NCBI GenBank assembly: GCA_030425145.1
Contig: JAUHVK010000010.1
Span: 21,362 to 85,361 of the forward strand
Reading direction: 5' to 3'
Length of the DNA stretch: 64,000 nt
Source: Alphaproteobacteria bacterium
GTDB lineage: Bacteria > Pseudomonadota > Alphaproteobacteria > Rhodobacterales > Rhodobacteraceae
The notes under the pieces were generated by a model. That model saw nothing but the letters and a program-made list of their open reading frames with translations, ran no database searches and had not been told where the DNA came from. The translations under genes were made by a program, and so were the position numbers. Shown piece after piece: positions 20,937-31,110 of this stretch. Within the stretch, counting starts at the first letter, position 1; each line of letters opens with the position of its first letter.

Positions 20937-21764
20937 GTGACATCGAAAACGATCTTGATTACCGGCTGTTCCTCCGGAATTGGCTTAGATGCTGCCCGTC
21001 GGCTCAAATCGCTGGGATGGACAGTGTTTGCCTCGTGCCGCGCACAGAAAGACTGTGACAGGCTCAGCGCCGAAGGATTTGCGGCACCTCAACTCGATTA
21101 CGAAGACCCCAAAAGTATCGCGCGCTGCGCGGCTGAGGTCCTTGAGCAGACGGGTGGTGCGCTGGATGCCGTGTTTCACAACGGCGCCTACGCCTTGCCA
21201 GGACCTCTGGAAGACATCCCCGCGGACGGGATGCGTACACAGTTCGAAGCGAATTTCTTGGGTTGGCATGATCTGAACCGGCACCTGATCCCTGCCATGC
21301 GGAACGCCGGTAAGGGACGAATCCTGTTCAATTCCTCCGTACTTGGCATCGTCGGAATGAAATATCGCGGACCTTACGTTGCAACCAAGTTCGCTTTGGA
21401 GGGCTATGCTGATGTTCTCCGAATGGAGATGGCCGAAACGGGTATTGAGGTTGTTCTGATCGAACCAGGCCCCATTGAGACCGATTTTCGCAAAAACGCG
21501 ATCAAACAGTTCGAAAAGTGGGTCGATTGGCAAAGCTCGGCACGCCGCGCCCAATACGAAGCGTCGCTGCTCGACATGCTGAAAAAGGGCGGCAGCTCTG
21601 GTGTGCAGTGGCCCGCATCAGCGGTGACAGACGCCGTCGTCAAGGCGCTAAGCGCGTCACGTCCCAAGGCGCGCTACCGCGTCACGACACCGACCCATGC
21701 GATGGCGTTTGCACGCCGGTTGTTGCCGACACGGGCGTTGGATTGGCTTTTGTCCAAAGGCTGA
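20937..21764 (+). CDS. SDR-family oxidoreductase
   Basis: It has the TGCSSGIG cofactor motif and the YVATKFAL (YxxxK) catalytic motif. The start is GTG. Confidence 0.85.
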   Translation: MTSKTILITGCSSGIGLDAARRLKSLGWTVFASCRAQKDCDRLSAEGFAAPQLDYEDPKSIARCAAEVLEQTGGALDAVFHNGAYALPGPLEDIPADGMRTQFEANFLGWHDLNRHLIPAMRNAGKGRILFNSSVLGIVGMKYRGPYVATKFALEGYADVLRMEMAETGIEVVLIEPGPIETDFRKNAIKQFEKWVDWQSSARRAQYEASLLDMLKKGGSSGVQWPASAVTDAVVKALSASRPKARYRVTTPTHAMAFARRLLPTRALDWLLSKG

Positions 21765-21832
21765 CTTTTCATTCGCCTTATGGCGCGATACGGCTACATC
21801 CCCGGGAACACCAATCGAAGGAAGCCCCCGTC

Positions 21833-22033
21833 ATGATGCAAGATCCGTTATTCGTCATCGTAGCAATAGCTTGTTTGGCCGTGGTCGCCATTTTGCTGTT
21901 CGGCATCGGCAGCTTTGCGAAGGGCGGGGACTTCAACAAGAAATACGCCAACAGAGCGATGCGCTGGCGGATCATCGCACAATTCGTGGCGGTCCTGCTG
22001 ATCCTGCTCTTTGTCTGGCTGCGGGGAGAGTAA
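21833..22033 (+). CDS. Twin-transmembrane-helix small protein (HIG1-like)
   Basis: It is 66 aa with two TM helices joined by GGDFNKKYANRAMRWR. A GAAGGAAG Shine-Dalgarno sequence lies upstream. Confidence 0.7.
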   Translation: MMQDPLFVIVAIACLAVVAILLFGIGSFAKGGDFNKKYANRAMRWRIIAQFVAVLLILLFVWLRGE

Positions 22034-22036
22034 ACC

Positions 22037-22609
22037 ATGGTCGTCTTGAACAAGATCTACACGAAAACCGGCGATGACGGGGAAACCGCACTGGGCAATG
22101 GGGCGCGCGTTGCCAAGCACTCGATGCGGGTTACGGCCTACGGCACAGTGGACGAGTTGAACGCGGTTGTCGGGTTGGCGCGGTTGCAGGCGGATGGCGA
22201 GGTCGATGCCAGCCTTTCGCGCATTCAGAACGATCTGTTCGATCTTGGCGCGGACCTATGCCGCCCGGACATGGAGAAAGATGGGGAGGCGGAATACACG
22301 CCGCTGCGTATTGTTGTGTCTCAAGTGGATCGGCTTGAAGCCGAGATCGACAAAATGAACGCGAACCTTCAACCGTTGCGCAGCTTCATTCTGCCTGGGG
22401 GCACAGCGTTGTCTGCCTATCTGCACCAGTGTCGCACGGTGGCAAGGCGCGCCGAGCGTCTGACGGTGGAATTGGCAACGATGGAAAGCGTGAACCCGGC
22501 GGCGGTTAAATACCTCAACCGTCTGAGTGACTGGTTCTTTGTGGCCGCGCGGATGGCCAATGATGGTGGCAAAGCCGACGTGCTTTGGGTGCCGGGGGCA
22601 AACCGCTAA
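22037..22609 (+). CDS. PduO-type ATP:cob(I)alamin adenosyltransferase
   Basis: The N-terminus IYTKTGDDGETAL is typical of the family. Length is 190 aa. Confidence 0.85.
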   Translation: MVVLNKIYTKTGDDGETALGNGARVAKHSMRVTAYGTVDELNAVVGLARLQADGEVDASLSRIQNDLFDLGADLCRPDMEKDGEAEYTPLRIVVSQVDRLEAEIDKMNANLQPLRSFILPGGTALSAYLHQCRTVARRAERLTVELATMESVNPAAVKYLNRLSDWFFVAARMANDGGKADVLWVPGANR

Positions 22610-22666
22610 GCCCGTTCTGGTTGACCAAAACGGGCGATGCATCGACGCATCGCCCGGCAACTTTGA

Positions 22667-22984
22667 TCATCCTTCCTTGTCGGTCACGTTCTCTTTGAAC
22701 GCCACTTCAAATGCCGCTTTCTGCGCGTCACTTGCCTCGGTCTGATAGCGCGCTTTCCATTCGGACATCGGCATGCCGTAGAACGCCTCGCGACCGGCCT
22801 CCTTGTCCATCTCGATCCCACGCTCGTTGGCCGCTTGCTGATACCAGCGGCTCAGACAGTTCCGGCAGAAACCCGTCAGGTTCATCATGTCGATGTTCTG
22901 AACATCAGGGCGATCATCGATAAGATGCTGGCGTAACCGACGAAACGCGGCTGCTTCGATTTCAAGCTGGGTCTGTTTGTCCAT
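22667..22984 (-). CDS. DUF1244-family small protein
   Basis: It is 105 aa from MDKQTQLEIE and carries NLTGFCRNCLSRWY. Confidence 0.7.
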   Translation of the reverse strand: MDKQTQLEIEAAAFRRLRQHLIDDRPDVQNIDMMNLTGFCRNCLSRWYQQAANERGIEMDKEAGREAFYGMPMSEWKARYQTEASDAQKAAFEVAFKENVTDKEG

Positions 22985-23000
22985 CTCTTCTGTCCTCCGT

Positions 23001-23738
23001 TCAGTCGGGCACTTGTTCCAAAGCGGATTGCAGCAAAGGCGCAAGGCGTTCACCCCACGCCGTCTGCGTGGCTTCGGTCGCAATCAAATCGTTACGCAAC
23101 TCAATAAGTGTGTTCAGACGGCCATGATGCAATGCATGGCGATCAATTGCATCGCCGGGCAAGTGTCCGGGGTAGGGTTCGTTGCGCCCAACGACAAGAT
23201 CCGGTTCTGCCTCCAGGGCGGCAATCAATGGGTCAGACAGGCGGCTATCATACGCATGAAGGATACCGACATGCCAGGGACGACTGGGGCGCGATTTCAG
23301 TTGCCGCGTGAAGGAATGGATCGCGACGATGACTGTGTCGTCGCGGCGTGATGCCAGTTCGTTCAGCGCGTTGTGATAGGGCCGATAATATGCCTCCAAT
23401 CGGCGCTCTTTTTCTGCGGCATCTGCATTGCGGTTGGCCGGTATGACAGACCCGTCATAGAGGCGCATCAAGAGGGTTGGGTCGTCCTCTCCGCGGTTCG
23501 GATCAATGACCAACCTCGAGAAATTCGACAGGATGGCGCATCCACCCAAAGCATCTGCAAGCGCTTTTGCAACGCCAGCGCCGCCCGGGTCGAAGGCAAT
23601 GTGGCGCGCCATATCCTCTTCGGGCAGGCCAAGTGTTCCGCCAAGATCGGGCGGAACCGTGTTATAGGCATGGTCGCACGTGATCAGCCACCGCGAAGAT
23701 CGGTTCTCTCCATGCACAAAAAATGGAACATAAGTCAT
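23001..23738 (-). CDS. N-formylglutamate amidohydrolase family protein
   Basis: It is about 245 aa from MTYVPFFV. Family-like segments are CDHAYNTVP and IAIHSFT. Confidence 0.7.
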   Translation of the reverse strand: MTYVPFFVHGENRSSRWLITCDHAYNTVPPDLGGTLGLPEEDMARHIAFDPGGAGVAKALADALGGCAILSNFSRLVIDPNRGEDDPTLLMRLYDGSVIPANRNADAAEKERRLEAYYRPYHNALNELASRRDDTVIVAIHSFTRQLKSRPSRPWHVGILHAYDSRLSDPLIAALEAEPDLVVGRNEPYPGHLPGDAIDRHALHHGRLNTLIELRNDLIATEATQTAWGERLAPLLQSALEQVPD

Positions 23739-23921
23739 AGGCGTGTGATCTCCCGGGCGCATCAGATAGTGGAGTTGCGCAAGAAAGGGAAATGGGCAAT
23801 AAGGCAAACCGATAGTTAGCGGTAACATGATGCAATCATAGTGCCCGGACACTGGACGAACTGGCGCACCGCATGTGGACGCCCGACACGCCCGGAACAA
23901 TGAAGAAGGACGGAAATCCCG

Positions 23922-25367
23922 ATGAGACGTTTGCGCAATGTAAAGATCGTGGCCACCCTCGGCCCAGCGTCAAGCAGTTACGAGATGATCCGTGCCTTGC
24001 ATGAGGCCGGGGCAGACGTATTTCGCCTGAACATGAGCCACGGTAGCCATGCTGAGATCGCCGAACGTCACGCCATCATCCGGCAGGTGGAAAAAGACCT
24101 GGACAGCACGATCGGTATTCTGGCCGATCTTCAGGGTCCAAAACTCCGGGTTGGTGTCTTTGCCAATGGTGAAGAAGAACTGGTTGAAGGTGCATCGTTC
24201 CGGCTTGATCTGACCGATGTAGAAGGGTCGATTGACCGGGTCACACTGCCCCATCCCGAGATTTTCGCCGCGCTGGAACCGGGCGCGCATCTCTTGGTGA
24301 ATGATGGCAAGATCCGCCTGCAAGTCGAAACGTGCGGCAAGGACTTTGCGGATTGTTCGGTCATCACGGGTGGCACGATTTCTAACCGCAAAGGTGTTAA
24401 CGTTCCCGATGTCGTGTTGCCGCTTGCTGCATTGTCCGAAAAGGATCGGGATGATCTGGAATTCGTGGCCGAATTGGGTGTCGACTGGCTGGCGCTGAGC
24501 TTTGTGCAGCGGGCGCAGGACGTCATCGAAGCGCGTGAGCTGTGCAAGGGTCGTGCGGCGATTCTGTCGAAAATCGAAAAGCCTGCGGGCGTCAAAGCCT
24601 TTGATGAGATCCTCGAAGTGTCCGATGGCATCATGGTGGCGCGCGGCGACTTGGGGGTGGAACTGCCGGTGCAGAACGTACCGCCGATCCAAAAACGGTT
24701 GATCCGCCGGTGCCGGGCGGCTGCCAAGCCGGTGATCGTGGCGACGCAGATGCTCGAATCGATGATCGAGTCGCCGATGCCCACGCGCGCCGAAGTGTCG
24801 GACGTGGCCACGGCGATCTACGAAGGCTCTGATGCGATCATGTTGTCGGCCGAGTCTGCAGCGGGCGACTATCCGGTCGAAGCGGTGACAACGATGAACA
24901 ACGTCGCCGTCGAGGTGGAAAGCGATCCGACCTACACCGAGATTATCGAAGCGTCGCGCGCTGCAAAACGCGCGACGGTTGCCGATGGTATCGTTGCCGC
25001 AGCCCGTGAGATTGCCGAGACCACGGACATCAAGGCGATTTGCTGCTTTACCTCCTCTGGAACAACTGCCCTTCTGACCGCGCGTGAGCGTCCTCGCGTT
25101 CCGATCATCGCGATGACCAGTTCGGTCAGGACGGCGCGTCGGCTTGCCCTGACCTGGGGGACGAAATGCGTCATCACGGGCGAACTTGAGCGATTCAAAC
25201 AGGCTGTTGTAAATGCGGCGCGGGCCGCCCGCTCAGGTGGGTATGCAGGAACCAGTGACCAGATTTTGGTTACAGCGGGTGTGCCGTTTAACACTCCGGG
25301 CACAACTAATATTCTTCGTGTCGCCCCCTGCGACGAACGTTTGATCTACAACACCGATCCGGAGTAG
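23922..25367 (+). CDS. pyk: Pyruvate kinase
   Basis: Signature segments KIVATLGPAS, NMSHG and MVARGDLGVE are present. Length is 481 aa. Confidence 0.93.
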   Translation: MRRLRNVKIVATLGPASSSYEMIRALHEAGADVFRLNMSHGSHAEIAERHAIIRQVEKDLDSTIGILADLQGPKLRVGVFANGEEELVEGASFRLDLTDVEGSIDRVTLPHPEIFAALEPGAHLLVNDGKIRLQVETCGKDFADCSVITGGTISNRKGVNVPDVVLPLAALSEKDRDDLEFVAELGVDWLALSFVQRAQDVIEARELCKGRAAILSKIEKPAGVKAFDEILEVSDGIMVARGDLGVELPVQNVPPIQKRLIRRCRAAAKPVIVATQMLESMIESPMPTRAEVSDVATAIYEGSDAIMLSAESAAGDYPVEAVTTMNNVAVEVESDPTYTEIIEASRAAKRATVADGIVAAAREIAETTDIKAICCFTSSGTTALLTARERPRVPIIAMTSSVRTARRLALTWGTKCVITGELERFKQAVVNAARAARSGGYAGTSDQILVTAGVPFNTPGTTNILRVAPCDERLIYNTDPE

Positions 25368-25402
25368 GTTCTTCCACATGTAGCCAGTGGGAGTAGGGTG
25401 TC

Positions 25403-25624
25403 ATGGATCCGGATATGCTGTTTGTGATCGGTCTGGCTCTTGGGATTCTGTCAATTCCGGCGGTTGTGTCCGCAATATCAAACGGTGAGCGGCCAAGGAT
25501 TGCGACGATTACCCTGATGATTGCGGGAACCATGCTGGTGTGGGCAATTTCCAACAAACCGGGCGGGTATCCAATGGAATCCATTCCGACAGTGGTCGCC
25601 CGCGTCCTCAAGGGATTTACCTGA
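25403..25624 (+). CDS. Small two-TM membrane protein, function unknown
   Basis: It is a 73-aa ORF with two hydrophobic helices. No other support is available. Confidence 0.4.
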   Translation: MDPDMLFVIGLALGILSIPAVVSAISNGERPRIATITLMIAGTMLVWAISNKPGGYPMESIPTVVARVLKGFT

Positions 25625-25774
25625 CGGCTCTGTTCGCGCGCTTATGCCAAAGCAGCGCGTCGATCCTGTGCTCTTGCTGTTCATCGTGATCGTGTCTGCC
25701 GGCGTGACTCTGGTCTTCCGACCTGCAAATCCGGCGGCCGAGCAGAAAATACCTGAAAGGCTGCTCTGAAACAG

Positions 25775-25803
25775 TTGCATTGCCTGAAAAGCCCGCCTAT
25801 ACG
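25775..25803 (+). promoter_or_regulatory. Possible sigma-70 promoter of rpmI-rplT
   Basis: TTGCAT (25775-25780), a 17-nt spacer and TATACG (25798-25803) lie about 77 nt upstream of the rpmI ATG. This is a sequence match only. Confidence 0.3.
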
Positions 25804-25879
25804 GCGCGCTCTACCCGCGGGACCGGTCGAGTTGGCATACCGAGTCGCGCGTTCACCGATCTTAAGACAGGAGACGGAA

Positions 25880-26080
25880 ATGCCGAAGATGAAGACGAAG
25901 TCGAGCTGCAAAAAGCGGTTCAAGGTGACGGCCACAGGCCGCATCAAGGCAGGTCAGGCTGGCAAACGCCACGGCATGATCAAGCGCCACAAGAAGTTCA
26001 TCCGCGACGCGCGCGGAACGACCACGTTGTCCAAGGCTGATGAAGGTATCATCAAGCCGATGATGCCCTACGCGCGCTAA
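25880..26080 (+). CDS. rpmI: 50S ribosomal protein L35
   Basis: It is 66 aa starting [29 protein letters not shown] Shine-Dalgarno sequence lies upstream. Confidence 0.93.
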   Translation: MPKMKTKSSCKKRFKVTATGRIKAGQAGKRHGMIKRHKKFIRDARGTTTLSKADEGIIKPMMPYAR

Positions 26081-26092
26081 GGAGGAATTGAC

Positions 26093-26458
26093 ATGTCCCG
26101 AGTAAAAGGCGGAACCACCACACACGCCCGTCACAAGAAGGTCATCAAGGCCGCCAAAGGTTACTATGGCCGCCGCAAGAATACCTTCAAGGTTGCACGT
26201 CAGGCCGTCGACAAGGCGAACCAGTACGCCACACGCGACCGCAAGAACCGTAAGCGGAATTTCCGCTCGCTGTGGATCCAGCGGATCAACGCGGCTGTGC
26301 GTCTGCATGACGAAGCGCTGACATATTCCCGCTTCATCAACGGCCTGACCCTGGCCGGGATCGAAGTGGACCGCAAAGTGCTGGCCGATCTGGCTGTGCA
26401 CGAGCCCGAAGCCTTCGGCGCGATTGTCGAACAGGCAAAAGGCGCTTTGGCCGCATAA
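26093..26458 (+). CDS. rplT: 50S ribosomal protein L20
   Basis: It starts [30 protein letters not shown] and is 121 aa. Confidence 0.95.
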   Translation: MSRVKGGTTTHARHKKVIKAAKGYYGRRKNTFKVARQAVDKANQYATRDRKNRKRNFRSLWIQRINAAVRLHDEALTYSRFINGLTLAGIEVDRKVLADLAVHEPEAFGAIVEQAKGALAA

Positions 26459-26480
26459 GCGATCCAGACTACCGAATTCG

Positions 26481-26510
26481 AAAAGCCCCGCTGATCCAGC
26501 GGGGCTTTTT
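26481..26510 (+). terminator. Rho-independent terminator after rplT
   Basis: The stem is GCCCCGCTG / CAGCGGGGC with loop ATC, followed by TTTTT. Confidence 0.8.
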
Positions 26511-26629
26511 CGTTTCCGCCCTCACAGTTCGGGAATCCGCTGGTCGGAATGCACGACAAAATTTTACCTAGCGTCAAATGGGAGGTGTTGGCACTCTCGG
26601 AGAATAAAAACTGAACTTTGGGAGGAAAT

Positions 26630-28429
26630 ATGCTCGATTCGACATTGGCCGACACAACGCAGGCGTTTCTCGACGAATTCGGGAAAGCTCTGGAAGAAGG
26701 TGACATCGCGCGGGCGCGCGAAATGTTTGCGGATGATTGCTATTGGCGCGATCTCGTGACGTTCACCTGGAATATCAAAACGGTTGAAGGCAAAGAACAG
26801 GTCGAAGACATGCTGAAGCATCAGCTGTCGACGACCAACCCGCACAATTGGGCGGTGGCCGAAGGTGAGGTCGTCACCGAGGACGGTGGTATTGTCACCG
26901 CGTGGATCACCTTCGAAACCGAGGTGGCCCGCGGCTACGGCCTCATCCGGTTGCGCGACGGCAAAATCTGGACCCTTCTGACGACGATGGTGGAACTAAA
27001 GGGCCATGAAGAGCAAAAGGGGTTTGACAGGCCACTTGGCGCGAAACATGGTGCGGGCAAGAACCGCACGACATGGAAGGAAGAGCGCGAGAAGGAAGCA
27101 GAGGAACTGGGATATACCCAGCAGCCCTATTGCCTGATCATCGGCGGCGGGCAGGGCGGGATCGCTCTAGGTGCGCGGCTGCGGCAACTGGGAGTGCCGA
27201 CCATCATCGTCGAACGCAACGAGCGCCCCGGTGACAGCTGGCGCAATCGCTACAAGTCGCTCTGCCTGCATGACCCGGTTTGGTACGACCATCTGCCGTA
27301 TATCAAGTTCCCCGAGAACTGGCCCGTCTTTGCGCCGAAGGACAAGATCGGCGATTGGCTTGAGATGTACACCAAGGTCATGGAGCTGAATTACTGGTCC
27401 CGCACCACGGCCAAATCCGCAACCTATGATGAGGCCAAGAAAGAATGGACCGTTGTTGTCGACCGGGATGGTGAAGAGGTCACGCTGCGCCCCAAGCAAC
27501 TTGTGATGGCGACGGGTATGTCCGGCAAGGCGCGCATTCCGAATTTCCCCGGCATGGACAAATTCAAGGGCGACATCCACCATTCGTCACAGCACCCTGG
27601 CCCGGATCGCTACAAGGGCAAGAAATGCGTTGTCGTTGGTTCCAACAACTCGGCCCACGACATCTGCGCGGCGCTGTGGGAACACGATGCAGACGTGACG
27701 ATGGTGCAGCGGTCCTCGACCCATATCGTGCGGTCTGACACGCTAATGGAGATCGGACTGGGTGATCTTTACTCCGAACGAGCGGTCAACGCGGGCATGA
27801 CCACCGAGAAGGCGGATCTGATCTTTGCGTCTTTGCCCTATGCGATCCTGCACGAATTCCAGATCCCGGCCTATGCCGCAATGAAAGAGCAGGACAAGGA
27901 ATTCTACGAGGGGCTTGAGAAAGCGGGGTTCTGGCTCGACTGGGGCGACGACGACTCGGGTCTATTCATGAAGTACTTGCGGCGTGGTTCCGGCTATTAC
28001 ATCGACGTGGGTGCCAGCCAGCTCATCATCGACGGTGAGATCAAGCTCAAGCGCGGGCAAGTGACAGAGATCGTCGAAGACGGGCTTATTCTCGACACTG
28101 GAGAAAAAATCGAGGCGGATCTGATTGTATTGGCGACAGGCTACAATTCCATGAACGGTTGGGTGGCTGACCTGATGGGCCAGGAAATGGCTGACAAGGT
28201 CGGCAAGGTCTGGGGCCTTGGTTCTGATACGACTAAAGACCCCGGTCCGTGGGAAGGCGAGCAGCGCAATATGTGGAAGCCGACACAACAGGAGAACCTG
28301 TGGTTCCATGGCGGCAACCTGCACCAGTCGCGGCACTATTCGCAGTTCCTTGCGTTGCAGATCAAAGCCCGGATGGAGGGTATTCCGACCCCGGTCTATG
28401 GGCTGCAAGAGGTGCATCACACCTCTTGA
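26630..28429 (+). CDS. Flavin-dependent (FMO / Baeyer-Villiger-type) monooxygenase with N-terminal NTF2/SnoaL-like domain
   Basis: It has two dinucleotide-binding motifs (LIIGGGQGGIALG and VVVGSNNSAHDI). The N-terminal segment of about 130 aa carries DCYWRDL. Confidence 0.75.
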   Translation: MLDSTLADTTQAFLDEFGKALEEGDIARAREMFADDCYWRDLVTFTWNIKTVEGKEQVEDMLKHQLSTTNPHNWAVAEGEVVTEDGGIVTAWITFETEVARGYGLIRLRDGKIWTLLTTMVELKGHEEQKGFDRPLGAKHGAGKNRTTWKEEREKEAEELGYTQQPYCLIIGGGQGGIALGARLRQLGVPTIIVERNERPGDSWRNRYKSLCLHDPVWYDHLPYIKFPENWPVFAPKDKIGDWLEMYTKVMELNYWSRTTAKSATYDEAKKEWTVVVDRDGEEVTLRPKQLVMATGMSGKARIPNFPGMDKFKGDIHHSSQHPGPDRYKGKKCVVVGSNNSAHDICAALWEHDADVTMVQRSSTHIVRSDTLMEIGLGDLYSERAVNAGMTTEKADLIFASLPYAILHEFQIPAYAAMKEQDKEFYEGLEKAGFWLDWGDDDSGLFMKYLRRGSGYYIDVGASQLIIDGEIKLKRGQVTEIVEDGLILDTGEKIEADLIVLATGYNSMNGWVADLMGQEMADKVGKVWGLGSDTTKDPGPWEGEQRNMWKPTQQENLWFHGGNLHQSRHYSQFLALQIKARMEGIPTPVYGLQEVHHTS

Positions 28430-28524
28430 ATTAGCTTGGGGCGGGTCTTTCGGCCCGCCCCAGTGCACGCAGTCGTGAAACCCGTGATGTGGACACGCGA
28501 CTGAACGGCGTTACACCAAACGTC

Positions 28525-29502
28525 ATGATGCTTCGTCGTACGTTTCTCTCAACGACCGCTGCCGCGCTGTGCACACCGTTCATTGCGAGGGCGCAGACAG
28601 ACGACCTGCGACGTGCAATCGACACTCTGCCGCAATTGCATTCGTTTCAGATCAGTCGGGGAGTTGAGACCCTCTTTGCCGAAGCGCCGCGCGGTCCCGG
28701 TCTGGAACGCCTCGCCAATATCAAGTCCTGTTCGAAGAGCATCGTCGCACTCTTGCTGGGGGCGGCCATTGATCGGGGGGAGGTTGCCTCGGTCAAACAG
28801 CCTTTGTCCGAAGTCGCTCCTAACATCCTGCCCGCGAACGCGACGCCCGGGGCAGGCGCCATTACGCTGGAGGACCTCGTCACGCTGCGCGCAGGATTGG
28901 AGCGAACCTCGGGTCAGAGTTACGGCGCTTGGGTCAGTTCCCGCAACTGGCTGGCCGACGCATTGTCGCGCCCGATGGTGGCAGAGCCAGGCGGACAGAT
29001 GCTTTACTCGACCGGATCAACGCATATCCTTGGCGCAGCTTTGGCCGAAGCGACGGGTCAAAGCCTTTTGACACAAGCGCGCGAACGGCTGGGGCGCCCC
29101 CTCGGCATCGAAATCCCGCCTTGGACACGCGATCCTCAGGGCTTCTACATGGGCGGGAACGAGATGGCGCTGCGCCCAACGGCAATGCTCAAGATCGCCA
29201 AATTGATGCGTGATGGTGGGAAATATGAAGGTGCGCAGGTGATCCCGGAAAGTTGGGTTGCGGCGTCCACCCAACCCTACGCCCGATCCCCTTGGTCCGG
29301 GCTCTCCTATGGCTACGGGTGGTTCCTATCGGCGTCTGGTTACACACTGGCGCGAGGCTATGGCGGCCAGATCATCGCTTCCCACAAGGCTCGCAATCTT
29401 GCCGTGGCAATTACGTCCGATCCGACTCAGCCCGCGCGGTCCGGCGGCTATTTCGGTGATCTGATGCGTCTGCTGGAAGGGCCGGTTCTGGCCTTGGCCT
29501 GA
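28525..29502 (+). CDS. Serine hydrolase (beta-lactamase / PBP-like family), Tat-type signal
   Basis: The SxxK motif is SCSKS. The N-terminus MMLRRTFLSTTAAALCTPFIARAQ has a twin-arginine pattern. Confidence 0.7.
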   Translation: MMLRRTFLSTTAAALCTPFIARAQTDDLRRAIDTLPQLHSFQISRGVETLFAEAPRGPGLERLANIKSCSKSIVALLLGAAIDRGEVASVKQPLSEVAPNILPANATPGAGAITLEDLVTLRAGLERTSGQSYGAWVSSRNWLADALSRPMVAEPGGQMLYSTGSTHILGAALAEATGQSLLTQARERLGRPLGIEIPPWTRDPQGFYMGGNEMALRPTAMLKIAKLMRDGGKYEGAQVIPESWVAASTQPYARSPWSGLSYGYGWFLSASGYTLARGYGGQIIASHKARNLAVAITSDPTQPARSGGYFGDLMRLLEGPVLALA

Positions 29503-29569
29503 GACAAAGCTCCCTTGCCTTCCCCTGTGGGCTCCGCAAGATGCACCAGTCCAAACTTGCGGAGTCATC

Positions 29570-31054
29570 ATGCCCACAGCGCCCCTCTGGCTGCTTGTCG
29601 CTCTTCAGGCCACCGTGTCTGCGGCGTCGATGGTGGTGGAAATCGTCGCCGGGCGAATGCTGGCCCCTTATGTCGGCATGTCGCTCTACACGTGGACATC
29701 GGTGATTGCGGTTGTGCTGGCAGGCTTTTCCGCCGGGCACTGGTGGGGCGGGCGGCTCGCAGATCGACCCGGTTCTAACCCGATGACCACGACCGGATGG
29801 GCTCTGGTCGCAGCCGCTGTCACAACCGCGCTGGCGGGTGTTGCGCTGCGCGCTTCGGCGGAGCCGGTGTTGAACGCTTTCCCCCAGCCGGTCTGGGGCA
29901 TCACCGGCTTAACGCTGGCCGCGTTCTTTCTACCCTCGCTTTTTGCAGGAATCCCGGCGCCGTTGCTGACACAGGTGTCGCTGTCCGGCACGTCCCGTCA
30001 AGGGCAGGCACTGGGCGCAATGTTCGCGTCAGGTGCGATTGGGGCCATCGTAGGCACGCTGCTTGCAGGCTTTGTGTTTATCTCGTGGCTTGGCAGTCTC
30101 TGGACGCTCACGACCGTAACGATGGTCTACACGGTTGGAGCGGCGCTTTGCTTCACCTTGGGCAAAGGGTTGCGCATTTTCCAAGGGACAAGCCTTGTCG
30201 CACTAGTCGCTCTGGCGCTTGCTTCGGGCTTCTCCCAAGGACCATGCGCAGTGGAAAGCCGCTACTTCTGTCTGCAGTCGGTCGATGTGTCCGCAGACCC
30301 GTCACGCCCCGCACGTGCCATGGTGATCGACCATTTGGTACACGGCATATCCGCTCAGGATGCACCGGATGTGATGTTCACCGATCACGCTGCCATGCTG
30401 GACGCCCTGACCCGCCTGCGCGCTCCGTCGGCGGACCCGGCGACGTTTCATATCGGCGGCGGCAATTACGCGCTTCCCCGTGCTTTTGTGCATCGCGGCT
30501 ATACGCAGACAACTGTGGCCGAAATTGACCCCGCCGTAACCGCACTCGCCGAACAGGACTTCTGGTTTGACCCAACCCACATCCGCGTACTGCACATGGA
30601 CGCACGACGGGCGCTTACGGTCGAGGATCAGCGCTATGACGTGGTGATTGGGGACGCGTTTACCGACACCGCTGTGCCTCAGCACCTTGTGACGGCCGAA
30701 TTCTTCACGCTGATACGTGACCGTCTGACGCCGGACGGCACATACCTTATGAATGTGATCGATTATTCGGATCGGATGAAGGCAGTCGGCAGCTTGGTGG
30801 TCACCCTGCGTGACGTATTCCCGGTAGTTGAGGTCTGGGCAGAGGCGAAGCGTCCTGCGCCCGGGGAACGGGTTGTGATGGTGATTGCTGCGGGTGTCTC
30901 AGAAACTCAGACGAACAGCTTTGCGGTGCCTGCCCCCGAAAGGACAACTTTTGCTGCGCTGGGATCGGGCTTTGTGGATCAGCTTGCGGCGACGGGCGAA
31001 TATCTGACTGATGATTATGCGCCGATTGATCGTCTGGTCGGACCGCGCGATTAA
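29570..31054 (+). CDS. Fused polytopic membrane domain / spermidine-synthase-like methyltransferase-fold protein
   Basis: The N-terminal 220 aa or so hold multiple TM helices. The C-terminal domain has GGGNYALPR and VVIGDAFTD, a spermidine-synthase-like pattern. Confidence 0.65.
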   Translation: MPTAPLWLLVALQATVSAASMVVEIVAGRMLAPYVGMSLYTWTSVIAVVLAGFSAGHWWGGRLADRPGSNPMTTTGWALVAAAVTTALAGVALRASAEPVLNAFPQPVWGITGLTLAAFFLPSLFAGIPAPLLTQVSLSGTSRQGQALGAMFASGAIGAIVGTLLAGFVFISWLGSLWTLTTVTMVYTVGAALCFTLGKGLRIFQGTSLVALVALALASGFSQGPCAVESRYFCLQSVDVSADPSRPARAMVIDHLVHGISAQDAPDVMFTDHAAMLDALTRLRAPSADPATFHIGGGNYALPRAFVHRGYTQTTVAEIDPAVTALAEQDFWFDPTHIRVLHMDARRALTVEDQRYDVVIGDAFTDTAVPQHLVTAEFFTLIRDRLTPDGTYLMNVIDYSDRMKAVGSLVVTLRDVFPVVEVWAEAKRPAPGERVVMVIAAGVSETQTNSFAVPAPERTTFAALGSGFVDQLAATGEYLTDDYAPIDRLVGPRD

Positions 31055-31110
31055 CGCGGCCCGACCAGACCTTTCCAAAACCCTCGTCGGAGAGGTGCCG
31101 GAACTCCGTA

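Noticed and set aside
25625-25879. A possible L20-binding autoregulatory leader upstream of rpmI-rplT.
   Set aside because: I can only point to a plausible -35/-10 pair. I see no structure that I can relate to known L20 leaders by eye.
26630-31054. Possible inserted island after rplT (monooxygenase, serine hydrolase, spermidine-synthase fusion), where pheS-pheT often follow in other bacteria.
   Set aside because: Composition and codon style look native. There are no flanking repeats, tRNA or mobility genes. The synteny expectation is not strong enough for this lineage without comparison genomes.
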